A stretch of 63,722 bases of DNA, filler included, from Choristocarpus tenellus KU-1152 (Eukaryota; Protista; Phaeophyceae), in NCBI GenBank assembly GCA_964200185.2. It is 8 parts of 8 records of this genome, joined end to end, with 100 filler letters (N's around TTAATTAATTAA, not from the genome) between each part and the next. Parts side by side here need not be neighbours in the genome. Positions count along the whole stretch, not along the records: positions 1 to 11,828 come from CAXNAD020002118.1; positions 11,929 to 21,942 come from CAXNAD020003204.1; 6 more parts are not named here. One strand, 5' to 3'. Under the pieces are notes generated by a model, which saw only the letters and a list, made by a program, of their open reading frames with translations, was not told where the DNA came from and made no database searches. The position numbers were made by a program, and so were the translations under genes. Within the stretch, counting starts at the first letter, position 1. Each line of letters begins with the position of its first letter. Shown piece by piece: positions 1 to 13,299 of the stretch.

Positions 1-762
1 GTTGTGGTTGTGGGGGTTGTTGTGGTGTGTGTTTTTGGGGTGGGGGGGGCTGTGAGGGGGGGTGGTGGGCGGGGTGATTGAGAGTGTGTGTTAAACAAAC
101 AACAGTGTTTTTGCACTTTGGCATGCTTTAGCTCTGAATGAAGGAGTGTTGCATCCACATCCAAGTTGAATGTGTCACGTTGTGATAGTAGAGTTCTACA
201 GCATGCACACAAATTGGATGTTGGGGTTAGGTTCAGGTGGACACAATGTTTGATTGAGCATATATATATATATTCGAATATTAGTACTCATTTTGAAGTG
301 GACAAGATATGGAAGGGATTTTGTGGGAGAGGAAGGAGGGGATAGGCTGAGAGCAGACAGGACTCGTGACTATCTTACAAACCAACCTGATCTCACACAT
401 TTTCAATCTTGAAATCAATTTTGGGATTCCCTGTGTTTGGAACCTTGCCAATGGTGCACCCCTGGTATAACTGCAAAGGCTGCATCTTGCTTGATTTGTC
501 TGCCACGTTGGAAAAGTTTCAGTTCTTCCACCTTTGTTCCCCGTTTTTGTTTTTTTTACTACACAGTTTCCAGCTCTTTTCAAGCCTCAGTGAGTTGAGA
601 GTAAAAACTCTTGGTAGATTTCTTTCTTTTTACATTTGCTGGAGACAATAACCTCAGTTGTAAAGTCAGGAGTGCATCCACTGAGTTTACAGTGTCTTGC
701 AGTCCTCGGCAACCAGCCCGGCACCCCTCTGCCCCCATTCCATTCCCACCCCATCCTTCCAG

Positions 763-3700
763 GCAGCAGATGTGCGTCTATGTCATGCCCTTGGACTGCT
801 AAGGCTCAGAAGGTGTGAAGAAGCTGTGACGGTGGCAGAGAATGCCAAGGTTGAGGCTCTGGGAGGGGCTCTGGGGCCGTTGACTGTTGCAGCTCGGGTT
901 GCTGCAGCGGAGGCGAAGGCCAGCTGTGGGGAGGAGATGACAGAAAAGGCTGTTGATGAACTGAGTGCGCTGAAGGTTATTGACCTTGAGTAGACTGAAC
1001 TCTCCCCCCCCGCCCGCCCCCCCCCCCCCCCCCCCCTTTCCCTTTTGTCTGTACAGTGCATGTATTGTTTGGTTGCTTCTTTTTTTTTGCTAAACTTTGG
1101 GTGAAATTACTTGTTCGAGGAAGTCACCAGATCTCCTACAGCCTGCCTGATGATTTTCCTCTGTGCCATGGCTTCCTTACCCCCATCCCTTCCCACCCTC
1201 TAATAAATACCCTTCGTTGTACCTCCATGTGACCTGTTACCCCCTCCTACTCCCACATCCTTTCACCCAACCCCCCATGGCCCAATGCTAATGTGAAGTC
1301 GGAGCTGGAGGGACGTATTTGCTGCTGGCCAGAAGGTCAAGCACTGGCAAAGAAACTTAACTTCGATAGAGCAAGGGGGAAAGGACCGAGGTTAGAGGTT
1401 AGCACGTGGGTCAGCCCAGGAACCAGGGAAGCTGGAGGGGAAGGGGAAGAGGAACAAGGGGGGATGGAGAATGGAATCAATCCAGTGACATTGCAGCAGG
1501 CAGTTCTTTGGCGGCGGAAGGTATCCTCCACCCTAAGCAACATATTTGTTCGGCAGAGGAAATGGAGGCTTGCACTGGGCCTCCTTGATGCCCTGATGAG
1601 AGAGCTGAATGCAATGGGAGGGTTATGCGTAGTGGGAGGGGTTGAGGGGTCCATGCAAGGACAAGATGGGGATGGGGATGGGAGTGTTGTGTGGGGCTTG
1701 GGGGGGGCTGGGGATGAGGGAGGTGTAGGAGGTGTGCTGCATGCTTGTCGGGTAGAGGTACTCTCAAGGATGGGGAGGGTGTTTCTGCAGTTTGGGGCCA
1801 TCCGAGATTCAGAGGCGTGTTTTCAACATGTGGAGGCAGAAGCAGCAATGGCAGAGGGGAAAGTGACCGGGTTGGGAGGAGTTAGAACAGAAGCAAACCC
1901 AGGTGGTTGCAGGTCCAAGGTGTGTATGAAGGCAGGAGTCGGTTTTGGTAGTGGTTGGGAAGGGGGGTTGTTACTCGTGAGAGGTGTCTACCTTTGTCGA
2001 ATGATTGGGAAGGCAAGAGGGTGATGGAGAGATCCAAGTGTTGAAGGATGTGTTTCAAGAGAGAACTAAATATAGCAGGGGGGGGGGGGGGGGGGGGAAC
2101 ACCCGGTTTGGAATTTTTTTTTTTCCCCCGGGGGGGGGGCCAAATTTTAGAGTGGGGGTGTGGGACTCGTCTGNNNNNNNNNNGGTTGGATGGTAGTGGT
2201 GGGCGGTGTGGGGTGAGAGGAGATGTGTGTGGGTGGGGGGGGGGGGGGGGGGGGGGTATCACCCTGTTGTGAATTTTTTTCTGTCCCTCGGGGTGTGTGC
2301 TCAAATTTAGAGCTGGTGCTGCTGCACTGTCATGGTGGGGGAGGTTCTTTGTGAGAGTAAAAATAACACACGCATTTAACAGCTTAATCCAGTTTTTTAA
2401 TTAGTGTTCTGGTTTAGGTGAAGATACATGACTAAGAATAAAGCTGTTGACGGTATACATGAAATTTTCTTTTACTGTTTGGGGTAAAAGCCACAGCGTT
2501 ATAACGCCTCCGCCATCCGCCCATTTCTTACTTGGTGGAATTCCAGAATTTCTGGATTAGTCAGCAGTCCACTTAGCTATATGCTTCTGCTTCATACGAG
2601 GGTTTGATCTTTTGTTAAGAGGGAATTTACTGTTTTGTGGGAACTCTTGTCTAGGGTCTAGTCCTTGTACAGCTCCCTCCCCACCTGTACTACAATCCAG
2701 TTTTCTAGATCAAGGAGGATCTGGAAATATGAACATTCGAACAGTATGTCAGTGTATTTTTTTGCAAATGAATGCCCCCAGTTGGATTCTCCTTCTCCTT
2801 CCCTTACGTTGGTTATAGTTTTGAATCAATCCAGATATTGAGCTGTGAACTTCGTAACTTAGGTGGGATTGCTCTCTACCTCTACCCAGACTTCCTGATG
2901 TAACCTTTGTTTCTTCCCAGGGCCCGCTCACTCTGTTGTAATCTGTTTACTCTTCCTGCATCTTAGAATGGAACACCTCTTACCACCTTTCTGGATCAAC
3001 TTTTCTGCTGGTTTGTAGTAAGGCTGTGAATGTTTTGTTACCGACAAAAATTTGGACCATTTGAGGTTACAGTTTGCCCTGTACCAACAGTCTCAACCCA
3101 GTGCCTGTGCTGAGGCCTCTGTCTCCCAGGTATTCAGAAATACCTTTTTGACAACTTTGAGGCATTACCCTCGATATGTATATATGTGTATGTATATATA
3201 TATATAATATATATATATTGGGAAGGTTGTGGCTCCATCTGCCAGGTGGTGTGTGGTAAAGTCAAGGACACTTCATAGCAGGACGATTTTCATTGCAAAC
3301 CGTTTGGTAGGAGCACCTCATCAGGTTCAGGCTTAACCTGTGAACAGACATCGCGAAAATGCCACGTCTTCAATTTAGAATAATATATGGTACCATCTGT
3401 GTGTGAGATACTGTGTATGGGGAGGCCAGGGTGGCTCAATGAGAGACCCTTTATTGGGGCACGATAGTAACATGGGAGTTCCGTTGTGAAGGGGCTTGGA
3501 GCAGTACCAGCTGGGGCACTCATTTTACTCGGCAGAGGCGTTGCATCTGGAGTGGTCATTGGCATGGCTTGGAAAGCGTATACCCAGACCTGTTTTTTGT
3601 TCTGTAACCTTTTGAGAAGGTGCTCCGAGTTCGTAGTAGGTTAGGTCGGTGTCGGGATATGTCACATATTTTTTCCTTATAAAGGTACGACGACACCCTA

Positions 3701-5755
3701 CCTTCCTTTTTTTTTGTAACGTATGTGTTGTGAGTGGTGCAATGACGTGCTGTTTTTAATGTTGTGCTTTCAGGGTAATAGGTGAAGAAGTAGAAAATTG
3801 TAGATTCGTCAAGGTACACAAATAGCTGGGGTGGTTAATGAGAAGGCAAGACACCTACGTGATATCCAGGAGGACCTTGGCAGTGTAGATGGACAGGGCG
3901 CTCGCTATTTACCTGCTTCTTTTTTGTCTGCTCAAGTCAGCATTGATGTCGTATGAATATTGGAACAGACAGGCAGTGGCACCACTTTTGTGGAGGATGC
4001 CCCCGTGATATTTTGGGGGGTGATGCTATGCGGGTTGTTTGTCTGCTGCTTCTGATAGTGGTGCGAATATGAATGAGTTGTTGTGCACCTTATTATTAAT
4101 GGACCCCGGAGAACGCCTGCTGTGTATGAAACCATATCAGTTATTTAGAAATCGATGTATTTTCCGGGGTTTTTTCCCAAATACCTACGTCCATACCTTA
4201 CATGCACATCTTGAAAGAGAACTGCATTAACAATGACGACCATGTCGCCCTATGCCGTGCAGGTTCTCCTCAATCAGGGTCTCCTCCAATTTTCCAAGAA
4301 CAATTTTGTAGGAGCGAGGAAGTTGTTTCTTGAGGCAGCAGAGGTGGAGAGGGCTGCCGGTTCCGGGGGAGGGGCCGCAGGTGGTGCTGGATCTTTAGAT
4401 TGGGCTGGTGAGGAGGGAGCCTTGCTGTCAGATACAAACCGAGGTGAGCAAACACGACTCTTTTTGGTAGAAGGCTTTTTTCTTATTTGTTATGCAAGAG
4501 TTTTCTGGTCTTTTGTTGAGCATGGTGAATGTGGTGTGTAATGCTGTGTAATCCCCCTGATGTTTGCTTCAGGTGCTCTCGACCAAACCAGTGACAGCAT
4601 GGTGTAATGAGATATAGCGTCTCATGCTGGGATTGCTTTTCTTTGTTGATACATTGTGTGTTTGTGTGTCTCCAGATGCCCCAGCTAGCTGTCTGTCAAA
4701 TAGATTGTATCTAGTTTTAAAAAGAGGTAAAAACTGAGGTCATTGAATTGACTGATTTTCCGAAACACCCCACCACCCACCCCCCCCCCCCCACCCCTCT
4801 CTGTTTGCCCCCAGCATTGTGGTGGCTTAGTAGTCTTGAAGTTGATAATGATGTGCTTATGGCTGCCATGAACAACCTGTGTCTGTCCCTGGTCTATGCT
4901 TGTGATGTGAGAGAGGGAGTCACCACCATTGAAGGACTTATCCGTGAAGATCCTCAAAGTCACATGTGAGGGGAAACAAGGAGGGGACCTGAGCAGTCAG
5001 GGGGTGTTGAGGATGTGTGTTGTGCTGGTGTTAAGAGAGCTGCCAACAGGGTTATTTTGGCTTAGCACTGCTTGGTTATTTTCCGGTTGGTTTTGAATAG
5101 AGGATTGAGAGGGGTTTTTGACCAGGATGGGTGCTTGTACATTGTATGTGGACACAGTTGGTGCTATTTCATGGCTAACAGGTTTTGATTTTAAGTTTGA
5201 AGTGGAACACAATATATATTTACAGTGAACACACAATATGTAGAAATTTTGTTTTACAAAACCACCATTCAGTGCATATTTTTTAATTATAGCAGTATAT
5301 TATTATCATATATTTTTTAATGTGCATCTTCTGGCACCAGTCCGAAACCAAGTGGATTTATCAACCATGACATCATGTTCCTGTCAAGAATTGCTGCCCT
5401 GAACGGATACATTTCTTGTTCTGAGACTTGACCGATATTCCCACCTTGTAGTATTTTGGATGTCTCCACATTAGACCCCCCAGATACCTTCATTTCCTAT
5501 GCATGAGCCATCTATAGAGTGTATGTCCCAGTGTTTCAACAATAGAATTGACCTTTTTACACCTAACCCATAATGCCCTCTGGTCATTTTTGCTTCAGGC
5601 ACAGTGTGGTTGTGTTCAACCTCTGCACCCTGTATGACCTGGCCTTCGACATTCCTACTAGTGCAGCCAAGAAGAGGGTTCTCAAGGGAGTGGCGCAAAG
5701 ATTCAGCTTGGATGACATAGACCCCACTTCATTCAAGTCATCTAGAACAAGATAA
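763..5755 (+). CDS. TRAPPC12: Trafficking protein particle complex subunit 12 (TPR protein), 5'-incomplete, spliced
   Basis: Phase-compatible GT-AG exons 763-975, 1299-1919, 4263-4443, 4815-4965, 5599-5755 (TAA). TPR-like helices (EVLSRMGRVFLQFGAIRDSEACFQHVE; VLLNQGLLQFSKNNF). C-terminus AAMNNLCLSLVYACDVREGVTTIEGLIREDPQSHMHSVVVFNLCTLYDL..AKKRVLKGVA matches the TRAPPC12 NNxAVC..FNLxTxYEL..KK signature. Confidence 0.85.
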
Positions 5756-8401
5756 TGTGTCTAGGGCCTGTTTGGAGCACACAGTTCTAGGGATTTTTTT
5801 TTTTTTGGGGGGGGGGATGGAGTGATCTCAGCGCAGGGTGGACCTGATGATTGCTCATAGATTGGCAATTGCATGTTGGTGGAAGCCCATTTATTCAAAG
5901 CTTTATAACAATATCCAAGCAGGCAATAGATGTGATCAATTCCATCGTCGCTATGTGTATAATAGGTTCTGATAATACTTACACCATCACTTCCGCCCTC
6001 CCACAGAAAGTATCGGGTGTTGTGCTTCTGTTTAAAAGGGCTCGCTCTCTACAGGCCCTTCTCTCTCTATCTCACATTGTATGTTTTTTAAGCACAGTAT
6101 AGACAGTCCTACAGTTATCGCAACTGCTGGGAAACAACGGTTTGAAGTGGTGTGTTGTACGTAGTAGTACCTTGGAGGTAGCAAAGGGTGCATTTTGGAC
6201 GCTTGTCCCACTCAAGTGGAGCATCAGTTGTATTATGGCCAGGTGAGCACTCTTTATGTGTACATGTGTATTGCAATGGACACCTCTGCTTTGGGTGAAT
6301 TAGGAGCAGAAGCAGCCTTGTGAGTGAGCGGTTTAAATTAGGTGGGGGAGGAGAGTGTGAAACGAGATGGAGTCGTTCTGCATAGTATCACTGAAGACTA
6401 TATTAACCTCCAGGCCTCGTTCACCTCTGCTTGATATTAAACACACACACCTTCTCTATCCTCCCTTTGCTCTGTGGTTGCTCCCAGACTTTCTTGCGCA
6501 TAATTTACCTTACATTATCTTGTTTGCAATATACCATTAATGTGCTGTACTGTTGTTATGCATGACCACACTGCACTTGACACTCTCTGACTTGCCATCG
6601 GGGCCATGTACTTGATTACGCCCATTTTCAACATCCACACTGTGTGTGTGTGCAGGAAGGCTAACTTTTGTGTATCTTTTAACCTAAACTTAGTAACACC
6701 TAGGTCAACTTCTAGTCCTTGACATGACATTATGCTTGAAGGCATGGAAGCAACAGGATGGCAATACAATGAAACTATTAAAACTAAAAAGATGCTTTTA
6801 AAGAAGAGAACATGATATTCACAGTAATTGGTGCATTTAGTAATTGGTGCATTTGTTGCTTTCTCACTGTCTTGAGTTTTTGTGGGTGTACAAGGCATTA
6901 TTAGGGAGATGCAAGGTCTGTCACATCAGTGCATTTGGATCAATCTCCCAAGGTACGCAGTGTATGATGTACTTGTTGATCCTCACGTCACCTGTCTAAA
7001 TAAACATTTGCCATACGTTGTCCTAAACAACCTTACAGTAAGAACAAAAGGAATCAACTACATACACTAAACGGGGTCAAGTTAGACAGGCATACACATT
7101 GCAAAGAAAACCCTCCTATTTCAAAGGTTCGGCAGCAGATAGTTGTTGGGCAGGTAAGTTCTGGACTGGAGAAAGCAAGACATAATTTGAAGTATGTTTT
7201 GAAGGGCAATAATCAGGGTGTCCCCAGTCACAGTCTTCTTGCAGCGAAGTAACTAAGAATGTTCCCGGTCCATTTATTTACAGAAACACATTTCACTTTG
7301 TTTCTCCACAACTCCTCGATGATCAAACAATCTTGGTGACATGGGTAGTGGCATCTACTCTCCTTACCTGAAGCACATCACAGGGTCGTTAACCACTTTT
7401 TTACTGTCAATTCCGGCAACATCAAATTACACTTGGAGTATGAAGAACATGTTGCAACACAGTGTCATCAGTGGCGATGAACCAAACGAGTAGCAGTAGT
7501 ACTAAACTCACACAAGCTTCAAATACCTGGAATAACGCTCTTCTTTGGTTTCTATCATTCTTTTAATAGTAGAATAGAATTTGTAATTCTCAACCACGAG
7601 GTGGCCGATCAAGAGCAACCAAAATATGCTTATCTAAAAAAGTGGAATGCGGCCAACCCTATGCAGTCCACTTTGGAGTGGTTCACAGCACTCCACATCT
7701 AAGGTTCATTCACCCAGGCGTTTCTGTTATACTCTTTGGTGGTACCCAATAGTAGCAACTAGCATGGCAAGGGCACATTCAGGGTAGATGGACTACAATC
7801 TCTACTATACTTTCACCCTGTCAGAGCGCAAACCTCATCTCAGATTCAAACGTCTGTACTAATTTCATCCAAGCTCACTCTAAATTCAAAACAAAGCCCG
7901 TGTCGCCATATTAACTGCTACTCAATTGTCACCTTTCACTCAGGGCAGGTTGGTTGCACAGGGAAGTAGAACAAGAGAGCATGCTCTCAAGAACTATCTA
8001 GCCGAACAGGAACACTCAGAGACGGGTTCAGGAGACATCACTCAGATGTGGCAGAAAAGAGCAACAGCAAATACGTTTGAAAAGGTGTTTCAGTGTCCTG
8101 CACCTCCACTACTTGCCAATAATTGAAATGCTACCAAGCCAAACTGTCAACTCTCCTTATCATTGGCAGGTCAGGTTCACACAAGAAACCTACATCAAAT
8201 ATTGCATGCAGAAATTTCAAAGTGCATATTTCTAGTATGTCCCCAGGAAATGCACAACGAAATAAAAATAATCAATAGGCGGCGTGACATCCACGTACCA
8301 TGGACATGTTCCAACTCTGCTAGCCTAGCTCTTCATTTATCCACCAGTCCAGTCTTTTTCTGAACGTACTCTCCTTCCTTGATGCTGCTGTGTCCATTTC
8401 A

Positions 8402-10849
8402 TCAACCACCGTACTCTCCACCAGCAATGCCCCCAGCCTTGACAAAATCATCGAACTCCTCAGCTATGCACCCATAAAACCACTTCTTGCCTTCACCCTC
8501 CCGCACGAACACGCTATTCTCTTCAAATGACAGCGGACCTTGGGGACCGACAAACTGGTATTCACAAACAGAGGCACGTTTGTTGCATTTGCACTGTGAG
8601 TGGGGATGAAGGCTAGGATTCTTCACAAGCAGCTTGCCCTTGACGAAGGTTAGTGTATGTATATAAACCTATCGCAGTCTGAAAATGGTACAAAAAAGGG
8701 TAGACTAGGAGTGCTTTTTCTTCTGCTACATGAGCGATTTGTACACTTTTTTAAGAGTTTGAATGGAACCAGCACCTTGATGATTTTCGCCTTTATTCTC
8801 TCTCGGGTATCCTATCTCCTATCTTCACTTGGGGTCAATGAGCTCCTACATTTTGTCAACAACTGCCAGTGGAACGCTATGATATAAAGACAAATCCACT
8901 AAGATGAAGTGGGATCAAAGAGTGTGGGACTAGCATGCAAGGTCAGGCCCTCATGATGTTCAGGTGGCGGATGGTTCGTGATCATAAGAGTTGTAACAGA
9001 AGAGATACGGACAACTCCCCTGAAGGATAAATAAAACCTTACCCATCCGAATCACAACGTTTTAGTTCAATCAGTCACTCTGAACCTCTATCTTTAAATG
9101 TAACGACATCTTGAGATTCAAAGAGGCAGACCTTCCGTGGACCTTGGAACCTCCTTGTAAGCTTCCTTGGAGATATTGAGAGGACGAAGTTATACCAAAA
9201 CACTAACCATTTCTCCACCAACTGCAGGAGTTCTGGAACAAGTCTGGAGGTAACTACAGTGTGAAATTCCAACAGCTCTGCTTGAGGTTTCCTTACAAAC
9301 CAGATGAAAAAAATAAAATAAAATAGGTACAACTAAGTACTTCAATATTGCCTGAGTTATTAGGTCGCAAAATCCTCACCGATGCCTTGAAGGACAAACG
9401 TACAATGTTGTCTGACTTGGGATCAGTCTCCGGCTCGCTCACATACAGACCGACAAAACTTGGAAGAAAAGAAAGAAAGCACCACAGTGGTCTTGTGTTG
9501 GTGCAGAGTCAAACAGTTATCAATTCAAAGTTTGTCATCAATTACTATCTTGAATACTCAGACAGCAACATTTTGTACCATATTATAGAATTGCGAAACA
9601 ATCGGTGATTTTTAGACCTTTTTTTTTTAACATCAGACAAAAACAGTCAGAAAGATGGGATGATGAGTTCAAGTGCGTATCTCATCACATCAGAATAGAA
9701 GCCAGCTTGAAAAAATACAACTCACCAAATCTTAGCATTAGATAACTACTCACAGTTTGTAACGCATTCTCTTCTCAACCCTTAAATTGCGAACATTTGA
9801 AAGAAACACAATCTTGCTCACTTGTAGTTTTCGCAAAAATATACGATCTTTTCCCGCCAGTCTGGCATGCCATATTCCCTGTCCTTAGGATGAGTCGTCT
9901 CCATAATGTAGTCCGGCTTGTTGCTATACTTAGCATGGAGCAGTGATACCACCCCCCGATCCCCCACCAAACAACACAATATTTCCCAGAGGAATGGCAA
10001 AGGGGCGGACATGGGCAATCCCATAGAATGTCCAGAGGCGGAAGGTTTGATGACTAGCGTCAGGAGAAGGGCCGCTTACAGGGGAGAGACCGATGCAAAC
10101 ATTAAGTTCCATCCGACCAGACTCCATCGATCTCAAAAGAAATCGAAAATAGAAATGTTTCATATCAGTAGTTGTAGACCAACTTGCAGCGAAGAGTCAC
10201 TGCCACTAAGGACAAATCTTGGTCCATTCTAGACCATAGAAAAACACAGAATGCAGCTCTGTGCGAGATATCCCGTGTTGCGATACCCCAAATCAGTGAT
10301 TCAAGGAACATAATCTCCCACCTTGCGTAAGCACTGTAGCGCGAACGCATCAACTCCACAGGTGTAGCAATGGCAGTGTCCTCATGGAACGGCATACAGC
10401 AGTCTGAGTATATCTTCCCAGAGTGGCAAGGGCATTGACTCTCTGGACTGAGGGTCTTACTGGAGGATGATTGCCGAGGTGGCTTCGAGCTGAACCCTTT
10501 TGCCATCCTCAACCTAGGTAGAGGGGAGCGAATGCGACATACAACATACAAATATCAATGGGTAATCCCAATATGTAGCGAAATTTCGTGAAGAATTCAA
10601 CCCGAAATATACTCCCAGCCACTGATGCAGTTCAAACACATTTTCATTGCTGTTGTGGCACAAGGAAGGAGAAATGTAACGCAGGAGGCACGTCGCATCG
10701 CGGTGCCCACAAACGTCCTACCTGGTGAGTGCTCCACATCGATCTTGATTGGCCACATGTCTGATAGCCACTGAAGGTGAAAGGAAGCCGGCCACTACAG
10801 CCAGACTTGCAATAATGGCCAGGACCAAAAACGAGAGACGAGTTGGCAT
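8402..10849 (-). CDS. Plastid-targeted SEC-C motif / YchJ (UPF0225)-like protein, complete, 5 exons
   Basis: Exons 10722-10849, 10322-10513, 9822-9923, 9380-9458, 8402-8554 splice in frame. They give MPTRLSFLVLAIIASLAVVAG|FLSP (signal peptide + F-start transit peptide), CPCHSGKIYSDCC (SEC-C), LMRSRYSAYA..DYIMETTHP, and FEENSVFVRE..KWFY, all YchJ hallmarks. Confidence 0.88.
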
Positions 10850-11035
10850 GGCTGTGTGAGGGGCGCTTCTTGAGTTACACCAAGTGTCCTGTATAGATGG
10901 TGCATATAAGTACACGAAGGAACTTCTCTATCACTTCGAAGGCCTAGTTCAAATGATATAAAAAATAAACAAAAAACACTTTGTTGTATGTATATTGTGA
11001 ATCGTGTGATTCTGTGGCGGCGTGGTTCACTCAGG

Positions 11036-11828
11036 CAAGGGTGGCGAAGAGAATCACCGGGCAAAACGGACCAGATGAACAGAGAGGAGCCGTAACCGAG
11101 AAGACGAGGTTATACTTACACAAGTGCAAGACTGAAAGGACTTGCAGGAAAAAGTGGGGAACTGAGGAAATGGGGAGGATCACGATTCGGATGGGTTACT
11201 GCAAAGAAACCCTCCAGAGATAGGAGATCCGTCTTCAGAAAACCGTGCTCATAAAGAGACGTCACGGGAAGACACGGAAATCTATCACTCCGAATATCCT
11301 CCACACAGTCAAACCGAAGTTCTCAGAACACAACCTCAATCGGTATAACGGTTTATTGCATACGGCAATAACGGTATAACAACAAACATGCTTTCCACAA
11401 TATACTATATGAAACAATATACCAGTTTGAAGGAGGAGGTGATGGGGGAAGGCGACGACGGTACACGAGACAGGCAGGGGCGAGGAACAAATATAAGTAG
11501 AGGGCTTAACCCAGCTCCGGGAATAGATACCCAGGTCTCGATTTTGCAGAACGGAAAAGGATGGACAGAGGACGGAATAGGCCCACATGGGGACGAGGTG
11601 GAGGTGATCGAGGATGGAAATGGCGACTCACAAGATAGGCACGGGCAAGGGGGGAACATAAGCAGAGCACACCACTCCTCTTCAGGAATAGGTAGACACG
11701 TTTCGTCTCTGCAGGATGGCGAAGCCCAGACAGAAAACAGAACGAGCACAAAGAGGGATGGGGCCAGAAAGGTGGTAGAGGCACACGACGATGGTAGCAG
11801 GGAGAGGGATCCGCACCTACACGGCTAC
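11036..11828 (+). pseudogene. Hydrophilic ORF with 55-aa (165-bp) internal repeats; upstream segment has in-frame TGA codons; truncated by contig end
   Basis: Repeat units start at 11436 and 11601 (EVMGEGDDG..NISR..QVSILQNG / EVIEDGNGD..NISR..HVSSLQDG), with a third partial unit. A coding-like frame at 11036-11343 has TGA at 11076, 11133 and 11163. Confidence 0.35.
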
Positions 11829-11928
11829 NNNNNNNNNNNNNNNNNNNNNNNNNNNNNNNNNNNNNNNNNNNNTTAATTAATTAANNNNNNNNNNNNNNNN
11901 NNNNNNNNNNNNNNNNNNNNNNNNNNNN
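11829..11928. other. Artificial contig spacer
   Basis: N44-TTAATTAATTAA-N44, exactly 100 bp, stops in all six frames; repeated identically 7 times in the window. Confidence 0.97.
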
Positions 11929-11998
11929 CAGTCAATTTTGGGTCAAGCCCATCCTCAATGAAAAGCTCCATCCTCAATTTTTGAAATCGGCTGTTATC
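11929..11998 (-). repeat. Terminus of an interspersed repeat (TAACAGCC..TTGAGGATGG..GAGGATGGG..GACCCAAAAT family)
   Basis: Reverse complement is identical to 15221-15288; a diverged copy lies at 41923-41989. Two of the three copies run into contig breaks. Confidence 0.75.
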
Positions 11999-12619
11999 AG
12001 GTGGAAACTGGCAAAAAGATTCTTTGAACCGGAGTGGAGAGGGAAGATCCATACGGGAGAGAGGCAGGGCAAGAGGGTAAGTACGCCTTAGAAGGTCACG
12101 CAGTTCAGGAGGTGACAAGATAAGTGCATGAGTTAGGGTTTTGTAACCTCCAGTCAGCAGCCCGTTATTGACGTTTTCATCAGGACGCAATGCTGATGAA
12201 AACACACTCTGAGACACACCTTCTATAGGAAGGGCACTTAAAAGGTATACCCTAACCCTCCACTGTGTGTGTGGCCAACTAAACTGGAAAACACTCTGCT
12301 TGCTTACAGATCCATCAATCTGCAAAAAAAGTCGGTGGACATAATTATACAATAGTGTTCGTCTTCAACATCTTCGGCATCTGATTCAAAACCAACCACA
12401 ATGCTGATCCTTCAACTTCAACCTTTCGATCTCACTCTTTAGTCACCAGCTTGTGTAGGTGTCTGATTATGTGAACCACTTAAATATGAAATATCTCACC
12501 AATTCTATGTGGGCTCAATGCATCGCTGTTTTTTTATTGTTGAAACACATACTCCTATTGATAAAGCTATTTTTCACATTAATATTAATTTCTGTTTTTT
12601 GAGAAGTCTTTTGAAAGTG

Positions 12620-12877
12620 GAGTGAAAGTATCTTAGAGGGTACGAGTTTTGCCCTATTTGTCCATTTGGGACTTGGCTTCCCTTGGGGTTTTTTATGACG
12701 TTTTCCTACTCCAAAATGTTTAGCAGGCAAAATGTATTAGTTATGAAAAGGTCTGTCCGGAACAAGGATATACTGACACTTCCTAACAAACACAATAGCC
12801 AAAATTACACCAAAATTGCAACATTGGATTTTGGCCTCCAAATGGACGCGGCTCTACCCTCTAAGATATTTTCACTC
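12620..12877 (+). mobile_element. MITE family A (Sola2-like), copy 1
   Basis: TIR GAGTGAAAGTATCTTAGAGGGTA / TACCCTCTAAGATATTTTCACTC; 4-bp TSD AGTG on both sides. Confidence 0.9.
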
Positions 12878-13299
12878 AGTGACCACTCTTGAATGGCAAG
12901 GTTCTGTAACCCTGGTTTACAGTCTTTTCCCTCAACCTTACCCTAACCCTGAAAATGTTAGTGCTGGACAAAATAATACTAGGTATATACTGCCATTCAT
13001 TATTCTCGATGAGATATGTATCATTATACCCTCTGACATTTTGCAGATGAGTGAGGGAAAAGGCCAAATCAATGTCATAAGACCCCATGTAAAAGTAACA
13101 GTTGCAGTAAATGTAAAAGATATCTCTCCAAAATCAGTTTTACTATTTAAATACCAGCTATACTATACCACTCCCATAAAAGCTCGTATTTTCAATGTTA
13201 TGTGTACACAGCTGCTATGCCTCTGGTTGCAAGCGCCGTTCAGAACAACAATATTTATAATATTAGTAATAACAATAGCGATGATGACAATAATATTAG

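Noticed and set aside
2040-2310. G/T homopolymer-rich segment with short ORFs
   Set aside because: Low-quality sequence around a 10-N gap in a TRAPPC12 intron.
6500-8200. Possible old retroelement debris between TRAPPC12 and YchJ (also 22060-24700)
   Set aside because: No diagnostic motif could be confirmed by eye.
11873-11884. TTAATTAATTAA palindrome repeated 7 times as a biological motif
   Set aside because: Always centred in exactly 44+44 N; it is a six-frame-stop linker used for contig concatenation.
12515-12892. Recurrent short ORFs containing ILTLPNKH..LDFG..LPSKI (also at 61164 and 62671)
   Set aside because: Chance frames within non-coding MITE A copies; not conserved between copies.
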